A DNA stretch of 24,598 bases, taken from contig CAYQYU010000014.1 in NCBI GenBank assembly GCA_964421955.1, positions 1 to 24,598 on the forward strand, read 5' to 3'. The notes beneath the pieces are model-generated. The model was not told the DNA's origin. It saw only the letters and a list, made by a program, of their open reading frames with translations, and did no database searches. Both the position numbers and the translations under genes were made by a program. The stretch is from an uncultured archaeon. Lineage in GTDB: Archaea; Nanohalarchaeota; Nanosalinia; Nanosalinales; Nanosalinaceae. Positions 8,542-16,087 of this stretch are shown here, piece by piece; position 1 is the stretch's first letter; every line of letters begins with the position of its first letter.

Positions 8542-9339
8542 ATGGCTGAATGTGATTACTGTGGCGAGGAGTTCGATTCTGAAGAGGAGCTCCATGTCCA
8601 CTGGGGAGATGAGCACGAGGACGACATAAACTCTCACGAGAAGGAAAAGGTCAAGAAGGCCCGAAGGAAGCAGGAAGAGCAGAAAGGTGAGAAGATGAGA
8701 CAGAGGAAGAAGATGGCGGGCTGGGGTCTTGCAGCAGTTCTCGGACTGGGATTCCTTGCACTTGTCGGACCACAACTTGTAAACAGTATAGGATCGAGCG
8801 GTAGCGCAGATTTCAACCTTGAGGGACAGCCCTACATGGGTGAGGCCGATGCGCCTGTAAATGTTGTTGCGTTTGAAGACTACAAGTGTCCCCACTGCGC
8901 ATCATTTGAAGCCCAGGCCAAGCCGCAGCTGGTTCAGAACCATGTCGAGACAGGTGAGGCCAAGTTCTACATGATCAACTTCCCAATTCTCGGGGGAGAG
9001 TCAAGACAGGCCGCCCGGGCAGCGGAGTGCGTTTACGAGCAGGACCAGGACGAGTTCTGGAATTTCCATAGCGCTCTTTTCAGGAACCAGCGCTCGCTTG
9101 AAATCACGACAGACTCACTCGTAAACCTGGCTCAGCAGAACACGGAAGGCCTCAACTACGACGATCTGAGGCAGTGCATCTCCAGCGGCGCCACACAGAG
9201 CCAGGTCAGGGAAGACCAGCGCATCGGCAGAAGCAACGGAGTATCCTCCACTCCAACAGTCTTCGTCAACGGTGAAAGAGTATCCGACTGGAGCTACCCC
9301 AATCTGAAGGCAAAGATACAGACCGCACTCCAGCAGTAA
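8542..9339 (+). CDS. Membrane-anchored DsbA-like thiol:disulfide oxidoreductase with N-terminal C2H2 zinc-finger motif
   Basis: The CPHC active site sits in FEDYKCPHCASFE, and the C-terminal STPTVFVNG is the cis-Pro loop region. A TM helix is WGLAAVLGLGFLALVG. Residues 4-25, CDYCGEEFDSEEELHVHWGDEH, fit C-x2-C-x3-F-x5-L-x2-H-x4-H. Confidence 0.85.
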   Translation: MAECDYCGEEFDSEEELHVHWGDEHEDDINSHEKEKVKKARRKQEEQKGEKMRQRKKMAGWGLAAVLGLGFLALVGPQLVNSIGSSGSADFNLEGQPYMGEADAPVNVVAFEDYKCPHCASFEAQAKPQLVQNHVETGEAKFYMINFPILGGESRQAARAAECVYEQDQDEFWNFHSALFRNQRSLEITTDSLVNLAQQNTEGLNYDDLRQCISSGATQSQVREDQRIGRSNGVSSTPTVFVNGERVSDWSYPNLKAKIQTALQQ

Positions 9340-9420
9340 GCTTTGCCGGGGACTGAAAAGTTGTTTTCCGTTGCCCTCCGAGAGAGGCAACAATCTCTTT
9401 GATCGATATTTAGGAAAGGT

Positions 9421-9524
9421 CGCCGGGACTGGGATTTCAAAACCCCGAACTGCTGTCAGTTCGATCAACATAATGCGGGGTTCACTGGAACCCCCGCCTT
9501 GCGTATCGATTGAGCGTAACCAAT
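9421..9524 (-). other. Partial tRNA-Ser-like segment 3 (degenerate T-arm plus acceptor 3' copy, two upstream hairpins)
   Basis: 17/17 nt are identical to the tRNA-Ser 3' end (9421-9437) and the T-loop is expanded (GTTTTGAAAT). Hairpins lie at 9446-9463 (7 bp) and 9475-9497 (GCGGGG(G)TTC/GAACCCCGC). Confidence 0.55.
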
Positions 9525-9598
9525 CGCCGGGACTGGGATTTGAACCCGAAGCTCGCAGAACTGGAGCTTCTACTCTCAAATCCCGACTAGGCGTGAAA
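9525..9598 (-). other. Partial tRNA-Ser-like segment 2 (3' T-arm/acceptor copy preceded by its own hairpin)
   Basis: 23/23 nt are identical to the 3' end of the intact tRNA (9525-9547 vs 9599-9621). A perfect 7-bp hairpin lies at 9548-9570 and the heptamer TTTGAGA at 9574-9580. There is no D-arm and no 5' acceptor strand. Confidence 0.6.
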
Positions 9599-9687
9599 CG
9601 CCGGGACTGGGATTTGAACCCAGGAGGGCCGTCACAGCCCAGTGGATCTCGAATCCACCGCATTTAGCCAGACTCTGCCATCCCGGC
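9599..9687 (-). tRNA. tRNA-Ser (anticodon CGA), class II with long variable arm
   Basis: Minus strand sequence is GCCGGGA TG GCA GAGTCTGGCTAAA TGC G GTGGA TTCGAGA TCCAC TGGGCTGTGACGGCCCTC CTGGG TTCAAAT CCCAG TCCCGGC G. It has a 7-bp acceptor stem, 5-bp anticodon and T stems, an 18-nt variable arm and discriminator G73. No encoded CCA. Confidence 0.9.
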
Positions 9688-9715
9688 ACTGATATTACAG
9701 GAAGCTTTCGTGAAG

Positions 9716-9726
9716 CTTTTATTTAG
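9716..9726 (+). promoter_or_regulatory. AT-rich TATA-like element between divergent tRNA-Ser and HAD gene
   Basis: CTTTTATTTAG is centred 27 nt upstream of ATG 9748 and ~34 nt upstream of the tRNA-Ser 5' end on the other strand. It is preceded by the direct repeat GAAGCTTT cgt GAAGCTTT. Confidence 0.4.
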
Positions 9727-9747
9727 TAGAGTTCCTGATTTTGGTCT

Positions 9748-10407
9748 ATGGACTACGGTTCAGTGGTTTTCGATATGGACGGTGTTATCCTGGATTCTAT
9801 GAAGGATCATTCCTGGACCTATGATGCTGTTGAGAAGGTGGCAAGGAAGGAGGGTGTCGAAAGGGAACTGGGTGAGAATGAGAAGGCAGCTCTGCTTGGA
9901 GAACAGGGCACGGAGCGATGTGTAAGGCTGTGCCAAGAACTGGGGCTCGACAGCAGACAGGTATGGACTGAGATATGCGGGGCCACAACGAAAGCCCGCA
10001 TCAGGGAGATAAAAAGTAATGGTATGGGTCTGGTGGATGGTGTTGAAGAGGTGGTTAACCAGTTTCATTCACAGGATGTCCGGCTGGCTCTCATCAGTAA
10101 TGCGCCAGACGAAGCGGTTGAATTTGTGGTGAAATATTTTGGGCTTGAAAGCCGGTTCGACTTCTACCTCGGTCTAAGAGATTTTGAGGACCTAGCATTG
10201 AAGAAGCCGGCACCTGATCACCTGGAAGTTGCAAAGGCTGAACTCGGAAGAAATCCGTATCTCTATGTCGGGGACGCAGAATCCGATGTTATCGCAGCAC
10301 ACAGGGCGAACATGGACTCGGCATGGCTGCACCCCTCAAAAGAGTCGGATGTGAGAGCTGACTACGAACTCAAAACATTAAATTCCTTACTAGAGATAGT
10401 TAGATGA
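9748..10407 (+). CDS. HAD-superfamily hydrolase (subfamily IA-like)
   Basis: Motif I is VVFDMDGVILDS, motif II region is LISNA, and motif IV is YVGDAESDVIAA. Confidence 0.85.
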   Translation: MDYGSVVFDMDGVILDSMKDHSWTYDAVEKVARKEGVERELGENEKAALLGEQGTERCVRLCQELGLDSRQVWTEICGATTKARIREIKSNGMGLVDGVEEVVNQFHSQDVRLALISNAPDEAVEFVVKYFGLESRFDFYLGLRDFEDLALKKPAPDHLEVAKAELGRNPYLYVGDAESDVIAAHRANMDSAWLHPSKESDVRADYELKTLNSLLEIVR

Positions 10408-11063
10408 GGGGCTACGACGCGGTACTTTTTGACCTTGATGGTGTACTGCTTGATTCTGGAAGTGATGGTTTCGACTGGGCTGGCAGAATCAGGAGACAGA
10501 AGGCAAGAGAGTTAGGACTGGATTCCGATCTTGGCGGAAACTATGGCTTTCTGTTCAGGGCTTCCTCTTTCGAGGAACTCAAAGAGATGCTGGACCAGAC
10601 CTCTCTTGGCCTACAAGAATACGTTGAGATTGAAAAGATGGCTGCCAGACGTAAGACGGAAATGGTTGAGCGAGGGCAAATAGAGCTTTTCCCTGCGGCA
10701 AAACCAGTGTTGAGAGCCCTGGAGGTTGAAGCGGCTATAGTTAGCGATGCGTACGGGGAAGAACTTGACAGGCTGGTCCAGATTCTGGATCTTGAGTCGA
10801 TGGTGGACTACTGGACTGCTCCATCCCTTTCGGACATCGAGCGATATCACAGTCTAATGAAACCAGAGACAGAGATGCTCGGGAGAGCGATTGAAAAACT
10901 GGGTGCTCGGAACCCTGTAATGGTTGGGGATAGCCATGTAGATATCGAGGCGGCGAAAAGAGTCGGCATAGACTCGGTTTTCATCGACACCTACAGTGAC
11001 GATGTAGAGCCCGAGCCGGAGTACAGAATTTCGAGCCTTGAAGAAATCCTGGGGATAATCTAA
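10404..11063 (+). CDS. HAD-superfamily hydrolase paralog
   Basis: Motif I is VLFDLDGVLLDS, and MVGDSHVDIEAA follows later. Its start overlaps the previous HAD gene by 4 nt (ATGA), giving a tandem paralog operon. Confidence 0.85.
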   Translation: MRGYDAVLFDLDGVLLDSGSDGFDWAGRIRRQKARELGLDSDLGGNYGFLFRASSFEELKEMLDQTSLGLQEYVEIEKMAARRKTEMVERGQIELFPAAKPVLRALEVEAAIVSDAYGEELDRLVQILDLESMVDYWTAPSLSDIERYHSLMKPETEMLGRAIEKLGARNPVMVGDSHVDIEAAKRVGIDSVFIDTYSDDVEPEPEYRISSLEEILGII

Positions 11064-11067
11064 CAGC

Positions 11068-11079
11068 GTTAAAAATTTT
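11068..11079 (+). promoter_or_regulatory. TATA-box-like element for the tRNA thiolase gene
   Basis: GTTAAAAATTTT is centred ~25 nt upstream of ATG 11098. Confidence 0.45.
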
Positions 11080-11097
11080 CGTCAACACTTCGAGGAT

Positions 11098-12066
11098 ATG
11101 GGAGACGAAACTTGCTCAAAATGCGGTGAAGACGCGGTTATACACCGAGAATATGAAGGCCGATCACTCTGCAAGGAGCACTTCTCGATAGACATCAACA
11201 GGAAGATCAAGAGGACCGTGCGCGAGGGGAACCTTGTCGAATCTGGGGACACGATCGCGGTCGGGCTTTCAGGTGGAAAAGACTCCGCAGTGCTTCTTGA
11301 ACAGCTCGTTGAGATTTTTGGAGAGCGGCCGGATATAGAAATAATAGGTGTGTCGGTGCACGAGGGTATCGACGAGTACAGAGACGAATCGATCGGCGCT
11401 GCAAGAGAACTCTGCGGCCGATTAGGCGTGGAGCTGGAGGTCGGGCGCTACGACGATTACTACGACCTGAAGATGGACGATGTCGCGGGAGCCGGAGAGC
11501 GCGGTAACTGCACCTACTGCGGTATAATGAGGCGTGACCTCCTGAACCGTTTAGCACGGGAAGTGGACGCGGACAAGATTGCGATCGGCCACAACCTGGA
11601 TGATGAGGCCCAGGCGGTGATGATGAACTACATCAAGGGCGACACGAAGAGGCTCGCGAGAACCGGTTCAAGGACTGACCAGGTCTCGCACGAGAAATTT
11701 GTGCCGAGAATCAAGCCGCTGATCGACTGCATGGAGAAAGAAATCGCGCTCTACTCCAGGTTGCACGATCTCGGGGTTATCGACCGCTGTCCGCACGTCC
11801 AGGAGACGACGCTCCGGCCCATGGTGAAGTCTTTCCTGAATAAGTTGGAGTCCCAGATGCCGGGAACCAAGCACTCTATTGTTTCCCAGGGCCGCCGCCT
11901 TTCTTCACTGGTGGAAGAGGAGTACAATTTTGAGGACGATGAGCTGGAGGAATGCGAGCGCTGCGGTGAGCCATGCTCTAGCAAGGTCTGTAGAAAGTGT
12001 GAACTGCTTAAAGACATAAAGAGATCGGCTCATAAGAGTGATCAACACAAATTTGAAGTTGAATAG
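11098..12066 (+). CDS. tRNA 2-thiolation PP-loop ATPase (NcsA/Ncs6/TtuA family)
   Basis: The N-terminal zinc finger is CSKCGE..x..CKEHF and the PP-loop is GLSGGKDSAVLL. CTYCGIMRR and GHNLDDEAQ follow, and the C-terminus has CERCGEPCSSKVCRKC. Confidence 0.85.
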   Translation: MGDETCSKCGEDAVIHREYEGRSLCKEHFSIDINRKIKRTVREGNLVESGDTIAVGLSGGKDSAVLLEQLVEIFGERPDIEIIGVSVHEGIDEYRDESIGAARELCGRLGVELEVGRYDDYYDLKMDDVAGAGERGNCTYCGIMRRDLLNRLAREVDADKIAIGHNLDDEAQAVMMNYIKGDTKRLARTGSRTDQVSHEKFVPRIKPLIDCMEKEIALYSRLHDLGVIDRCPHVQETTLRPMVKSFLNKLESQMPGTKHSIVSQGRRLSSLVEEEYNFEDDELEECERCGEPCSSKVCRKCELLKDIKRSAHKSDQHKFEVE

Positions 12067-12154
12067 GTCTGAAACGTTCCTCTGTGCTGACTGAGGTCTT
12101 CTACCTTCACTAGAACGCCTGGTTGTTGACATAATCACTTCTCCAGATAAATCC

Positions 12155-12165
12155 CTATAAATAAA
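12155..12165 (+). promoter_or_regulatory. TATA-box-like element for the 171-aa secreted protein gene
   Basis: CTATAAATAAA is centred ~27 nt upstream of GTG 12187. Confidence 0.4.
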
Positions 12166-12186
12166 CTGTCCAAATTTAGGGTAGAG

Positions 12187-12702
12187 GTGTTTTGGATGGG
12201 GTGGAAGGCCAAGGGACTGCTGTTTGCAGGCCTGGCCGTAATGCTGGGGTTGCCGTTTGCAGGTGCCGAATCCGTAAAGATTCAGGTCTTAAATAGTTCA
12301 AGCAGCCACCAGATAGTTGAGTGTGAACCGGGTAGCATCCCCGAGACATCGATAATAGATAAGACGAGGAAGGACATAGCCCGTGTTCTAGACCCTGGTT
12401 ACAGGAAGAGATATCCCGGAGAATGCTCTGTCTGGACCAAGAACTACGTTATTGACAACGGCCAGGAGACCACCACCTACCAGCTGGAGATCATGAAATA
12501 TTTGGGAGATGGCTGGGAGGCCCTGATATCTGTCGAGAGAGATGATAAAGGCGTGGGTTATGCAAACGTTGACATGGAGAAGATGGATGTCGGCGCAACC
12601 AACCCTCATGGTCACCTGAAGACCAGGCTGCCTGAAGGTAACTTCACCGTTTCTGTGGACACGGCTGATGGTCAACTGATGCTTGAAGGCGAAACTCGAT
12701 AG
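12187..12702 (+). CDS. Secreted/exported protein of unknown function
   Basis: The N-terminal signal-like sequence is MGWKAKGLLFAGLAVMLGLPFAGAES. No recognisable domain. The start could be GTG 12187 or ATG 12196. Confidence 0.6.
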   Translation: MFWMGWKAKGLLFAGLAVMLGLPFAGAESVKIQVLNSSSSHQIVECEPGSIPETSIIDKTRKDIARVLDPGYRKRYPGECSVWTKNYVIDNGQETTTYQLEIMKYLGDGWEALISVERDDKGVGYANVDMEKMDVGATNPHGHLKTRLPEGNFTVSVDTADGQLMLEGETR

Positions 12703-12781
12703 AGGGCTGCTTATCCCTGTTCTATTGCCGGGGCGAATCCAATAAAAGTATCCGGGTAATACCCTGTATTAACTGATAGAG

Positions 12782-13747
12782 ATGAAAGCAATAGTACTTG
12801 CAGGAGGCCATGCTACACGTCTATGGCCCATAACCAAGAACCGGGCTAAACCACTTCTACCCCTAGGGAACCGCCCCATAATAGATCATATTGTTGAAGA
12901 GCTTGAGGATGAAGTTGACGAGCTAATAATATCTACAAACGAGAAATTCGCCGGAGACTTCGAGAAATACATAGAAGACTTTGAGCGCGACGCCCGCGTA
13001 GTTGTTGAAAACCAGGACTCTGAAGACGATAAGCCGGGAACTATAGGTGCGATAATCAAGCTGATCGACTCGGAGGATATTGACGACGACCTCGTGATCG
13101 TGGGCGGCGACAACTACCTCGGCTTCTCTTTCCACGACCTCCTGGATTTCTGCAGGGAGAAACAGGCCCCAGTAAATGTGGTCTACGACATCGAGGATAG
13201 AGAAAGGGCCACTTCTTTTGGAATAGTGGATACTGAGGGTGAGAGAATAGTTGGCTTCGAGGAGAAACCGGACGAACCGCCTTCAACACTTGCCTCGACT
13301 GCTGTGTATTTCATGCCCCAGCACCAGATCTCTCTCTTCCACGACTACGAGGACCATTTCCGGGAGACAGATGTTCCTGCGGACCGGTACCTTGACGAGC
13401 CAGGCCGGCTAATTGAGTGGGCGCACGAACGCACCGACATGTTCGCGTTCGGCTTTGACGGCGACTGGTTCGACATAGGCACCCCGGAGGGCTACCTTGA
13501 CGCGCTCGCAGCTGTAATGGAGGAGAACATTATCCACGGAACTACTACCTCTGGCTGCGAAATCGGGGAGAACGTCCTGGTGCTGCAGGAATCCGAGCTT
13601 GAAAACGTCACTATCGAAAACAGCATCGTTTTCCCTGAGACCACTATCCGGAACTCCGAGATCCGTAACTCGCTTATCGACAGTCACTCAGAAATTGACG
13701 ATGCGGATATCAACGAGGCTATACTCGGCAAGCATACCACTATGTAG
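12782..13747 (+). CDS. Sugar-1-phosphate nucleotidyltransferase (NTP_transferase domain plus C-terminal left-handed beta-helix-like region)
   Basis: MKAIVLAGGHATRLWPITKNRAKPLLPLG is the G-x-G-x-R-L signature of RmlA/GlmU-type nucleotidyltransferases. The C-terminal imperfect hexapeptide-like repeats are VTIENSIVFPETTIRNSEIRNSLID. Confidence 0.85.
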   Translation: MKAIVLAGGHATRLWPITKNRAKPLLPLGNRPIIDHIVEELEDEVDELIISTNEKFAGDFEKYIEDFERDARVVVENQDSEDDKPGTIGAIIKLIDSEDIDDDLVIVGGDNYLGFSFHDLLDFCREKQAPVNVVYDIEDRERATSFGIVDTEGERIVGFEEKPDEPPSTLASTAVYFMPQHQISLFHDYEDHFRETDVPADRYLDEPGRLIEWAHERTDMFAFGFDGDWFDIGTPEGYLDALAAVMEENIIHGTTTSGCEIGENVLVLQESELENVTIENSIVFPETTIRNSEIRNSLIDSHSEIDDADINEAILGKHTTM

Positions 13748-13759
13748 AACCAGCTGTCT

Positions 13760-14668
13760 TCAGGCACCAGTTTCTGCGTATTCCGGCCGGGAATCTGCCT
13801 CGGGAGTCACAACTCCCACGTCATCCGGAACAGGATTGTCGAAGCCGTTCTCGCCTTTACCGTACTCGACATCGTAGTCCGATGAGTTCGTGTAGCGACC
13901 CAGGAGTTTTTCCCGGAAATTGGGGATGTACTCCTCTAGCTCTCCTGCAAGACCTTCTTCATAATCATCTCCAGCAAGTCCCTCGAGGTAGTCTTCCGCG
14001 ATTTCTTCTCCCAGATCTCCGGCGCCGGGGCCCTGAACCGTTATGAGGTACTCGGTCCCGTCGATATTTCCTGCCTCCGTGTAGAAGTTCTGGGCCTTCT
14101 CGGAGCTATAGACTTCACGGTACTCTGACAGGATTTCTTTCTCGAATTCTTCCATCTCCTTTACAAGCTCTGATTCGACATCGAGCCCTTTAGAGCCCCA
14201 TTCCCGCTCTTTCGCGAACTTCCAGTACGGGTAGCTGCTTTTCTGTCCCGGGAAAAGTGGGTCGAGGATGGCCTCGATCTCTCCCTCCATATCCGCGACC
14301 GATCCGTAGTTGCTTCCGAGCTCTTCGGCGAACTCGTCAGAAACGTTGAACTCATTCCTCATCCAGTCGTCGAGGGAGTTGTTGAACTGCTTGACGTGGC
14401 CGAACTCGTGCGCCATCGTGCGCTTCTGTCCTTTCTCTGGCTGCCTGAAGTAGTTGTGCTGGTCCAGTATAACCCGGGCGCCTGTGGGTGTGGGTGTCGT
14501 GGCAGCGACAGTATAGGGCCCGAGATTTCCGATGTCTACGCCGTCAAGCTCTCCATCCAGATCCATTCCGAGCTCATCTACAGTTTCTTCTACACGTCTC
14601 TGTGCGATCTCCCGTTTCTGTCCTGGACTGACACTCAGCGGGCGCGAGGGTTTTGCTCCTACTCCCAT
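13760..14668 (-). CDS. Acidic soluble protein with HExxH zinc-metallopeptidase motif, unknown family
   Basis: The motif is TMAHEFGHVKQF. No TM helix or signal peptide is visible. It starts 3 nt downstream of the htpX stop on the same strand. Confidence 0.6.
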   Translation of the reverse strand: MGVGAKPSRPLSVSPGQKREIAQRRVEETVDELGMDLDGELDGVDIGNLGPYTVAATTPTPTGARVILDQHNYFRQPEKGQKRTMAHEFGHVKQFNNSLDDWMRNEFNVSDEFAEELGSNYGSVADMEGEIEAILDPLFPGQKSSYPYWKFAKEREWGSKGLDVESELVKEMEEFEKEILSEYREVYSSEKAQNFYTEAGNIDGTEYLITVQGPGAGDLGEEIAEDYLEGLAGDDYEEGLAGELEEYIPNFREKLLGRYTNSSDYDVEYGKGENGFDNPVPDDVGVVTPEADSRPEYAETGA

Positions 14669-14671
14669 GGT

Positions 14672-15541
14672 CTATACCTCTGTCTCCTGAATGTTTTGAA
14701 GTCTTTTATCCAGCGACGGATGTGTTGAAAAGTATCTTGTAATCGAGTCGCCGCTGAAAGGATTCTCGATGAAAAGGTTGGAACCGGCTTCCTGCACTTG
14801 GGAGGCCTTATACCTCGATCCCTCATTGGCGGAGCTGATCTTTTCCAGTGCAGAACTCAGACCTTCCTTCTGGCCGTGGATCTGTACTCCCGTTGAGTCG
14901 GCCCGGAACTCCATGCTCCTGGATATCATCAGCCGTATCAGCATCGCTATTATCGGTACGATTATGAGGAAAGCGAGGGATGCAACTGCCTCACCCCTGT
15001 CCCGGTCGCCAGAGAACATGGCACCCCAGAACGCCAGTCTTGCGAGAACTGCTATCGCCCCAGCCAGGGTCGCGACCGCCGCGTTGATCAGGGTGTCACG
15101 GTTCTTGATGTGGGCGAGCTCGTGGGCGATGACCCCCTCGACCTCTTCCTGGTTGAGCTCGCGCATTAAACCGTCGGTGACACATACTACACCTTTTTCC
15201 GGCGACCTCCCGGTCGCGAACGCGTTCGGGACCTTCATCGAGTTCCTGTATAGCTTAGGTTTTGGAATCTCGGCGTTTTCTGAGAGCCGTTCCAGGGCTT
15301 TATGCAGCTCTGGTACCTCATCTTCGGTTAGTTCTTCCGCACGGTAGAGTTTCAGGACTATGCGGTCTGAGAACCAGTACGATCCGAAGTTCATCAGCCC
15401 TGCGAACAGGAGTGCAACTATCATTCCGCCGGTGCCGCCGATATAGTATCCTGCCCCGAGAAAGGCTCCTGTTAGGACTGTAAGCAGCGAGAATACCTTC
15501 AGGTTGGTCCTGACTCCTCTTGCATTTACCATAGAGGACAC
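14672..15541 (-). CDS. htpX: Membrane zinc metalloprotease HtpX (M48 family)
   Basis: It shows the HtpX topology and motifs: N-terminal TM helices, VIAHELAHIKNRD (HExxH), a later TM pair, and EFRADS..THPSLDKRL at the C-terminus. The true start may be a few codons downstream, because a divergent ORF begins 18 nt away. Confidence 0.9.
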   Translation of the reverse strand: MSSMVNARGVRTNLKVFSLLTVLTGAFLGAGYYIGGTGGMIVALLFAGLMNFGSYWFSDRIVLKLYRAEELTEDEVPELHKALERLSENAEIPKPKLYRNSMKVPNAFATGRSPEKGVVCVTDGLMRELNQEEVEGVIAHELAHIKNRDTLINAAVATLAGAIAVLARLAFWGAMFSGDRDRGEAVASLAFLIIVPIIAMLIRLMISRSMEFRADSTGVQIHGQKEGLSSALEKISSANEGSRYKASQVQEAGSNLFIENPFSGDSITRYFSTHPSLDKRLQNIQETEV

Positions 15542-15559
15542 GTGCTGTCCCAGTTTTAA

Positions 15560-15868
15560 ATGTGGTTGTCCTTACATCTCGTTATGGTATTTGCTATACT
15601 GGCTCAGTACGCAGACCCTATACTGATGGCCGGAGGATTCGTATTCGCCGCAACATTAGTTCCGACCGCTATAGATCCGGAAGCGAAGGTACCAGTTACT
15701 ACCAGTGTGCCGACAGCCATCACGCTCTATGTTTTCACGCTCACCTACATCTCGATATCTTTTATCTTGACTGCTACCTCTATGGGTTTGAGCGCTTTGG
15801 TTTGGACGTTTATAGCGTGGAAACGCCGCCCTGAGAACGAGGTACTATTGAGTTTCTTGAAGCAGTAG
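15560..15868 (+). CDS. Small 3-TM membrane protein, unknown function
   Basis: A 102-aa hydrophobic ORF, one of two overlapping + frames. The only support is hydrophobicity periodicity and position. Confidence 0.4.
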   Translation: MWLSLHLVMVFAILAQYADPILMAGGFVFAATLVPTAIDPEAKVPVTTSVPTAITLYVFTLTYISISFILTATSMGLSALVWTFIAWKRRPENEVLLSFLKQ

Positions 15869-15889
15869 AAACAAGGGAAAAGGAAAAAT

Positions 15890-16006
15890 ACCTGGCAGCG
15901 TCCCGAGGCTTCCGCCGGTAAGGCAGTACTACTCGGATCGCTGAGGGACTTTACTTCCGTGTTCGGAATGGGTACGGGTGTTGCCCCCCCGCTATGGCCG
16001 CCAGTA
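15890..16006 (-). rRNA. rrf: 5S ribosomal RNA (archaeal type), not linked to 16S/23S in this window
   Basis: Minus strand sequence is ..CTGGCGGCCATAGCGGGGGGGCAACACCCGTACCCATTCCGAACACGGAAGTAAAGTCCCTCAGCGATCCGAGTAGTACTGCCTTACCGGCGGAAGCCTCGGGACGCTGCCAG.. The CCGAACACGGAAGT core is universal. The terminal helix pairs CTGGCGGC with GCTGCCAG. Ends are approximate, within a few nt. Confidence 0.9.
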
Positions 16007-16023
16007 TTTGACCTAATGGCGGT

Positions 16024-16038
16024 AAAATCTTTTAAACC
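16024..16038 (-). promoter_or_regulatory. TATA-box-like element for 5S rRNA
   Basis: GGTTTAAAAGATTTT on the minus strand is centred ~26 nt upstream of the predicted 5S 5' end. Confidence 0.5.
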
Positions 16039-16087
16039 CTGCTTGGACCAGAACGGCTTTTTATTTGAGCCAGTCCAACTACTTTAT

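Noticed and set aside
8111-8629. 172-aa + strand ORF
   Set aside because: It is antisense to the DUF123 gene, which has a clear family signature (GSA..RH..HWHIDY). No motif or promoter supports the + frame.
9475-9497. GGGGGTTCCAGTGAACCCC (minus strand) resembles the archaeal origin-recognition-box core GTTCCAGTGGAAAC
   Set aside because: It is a single copy, the match is imperfect, there is no adjacent orc1/cdc6 and no AT-rich unwinding element. It is more simply a hairpin within the tRNA-like segment.
9446-9524. Possible C/D-box sRNA co-transcribed with the tRNA (TGTTGA and CTGA present on the minus strand)
   Set aside because: The box-like elements are only ~6 nt apart, too short for a guide, and no terminal C/D pair or kink-turn arrangement is visible.
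9421-9621. Three spaced copies of CGCCGGGACTGGGATTT.. considered as a mini CRISPR array
   Set aside because: The repeats are tRNA T-arm/acceptor sequence, the spacings are unequal (104 and 74 nt), there are only three copies, and no cas genes are present.
9115-9667. ORFs 9115-9663 (-) and 9371-9667 (+) from the track
   Set aside because: They run through the tRNA-Ser gene and its partial copies. The repeated GLGFEP/DWDLNP peptides are just translations of the repeated T-arm DNA.
11207-12138. Minus-strand ORFs antisense to the tRNA thiolase gene (11207-11557, 11668-11874, 11751-12017, 11905-12138)
   Set aside because: They are Arg/Ser/Leu-rich shadow frames opposite a gene with PP-loop and zinc-finger motifs.
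15959-16087. N-terminal 43 codons of track ORF 15959-16345
   Set aside because: They overlap the 5S rRNA gene and its promoter on the opposite strand, so the ORF was trimmed to Met at 16088.
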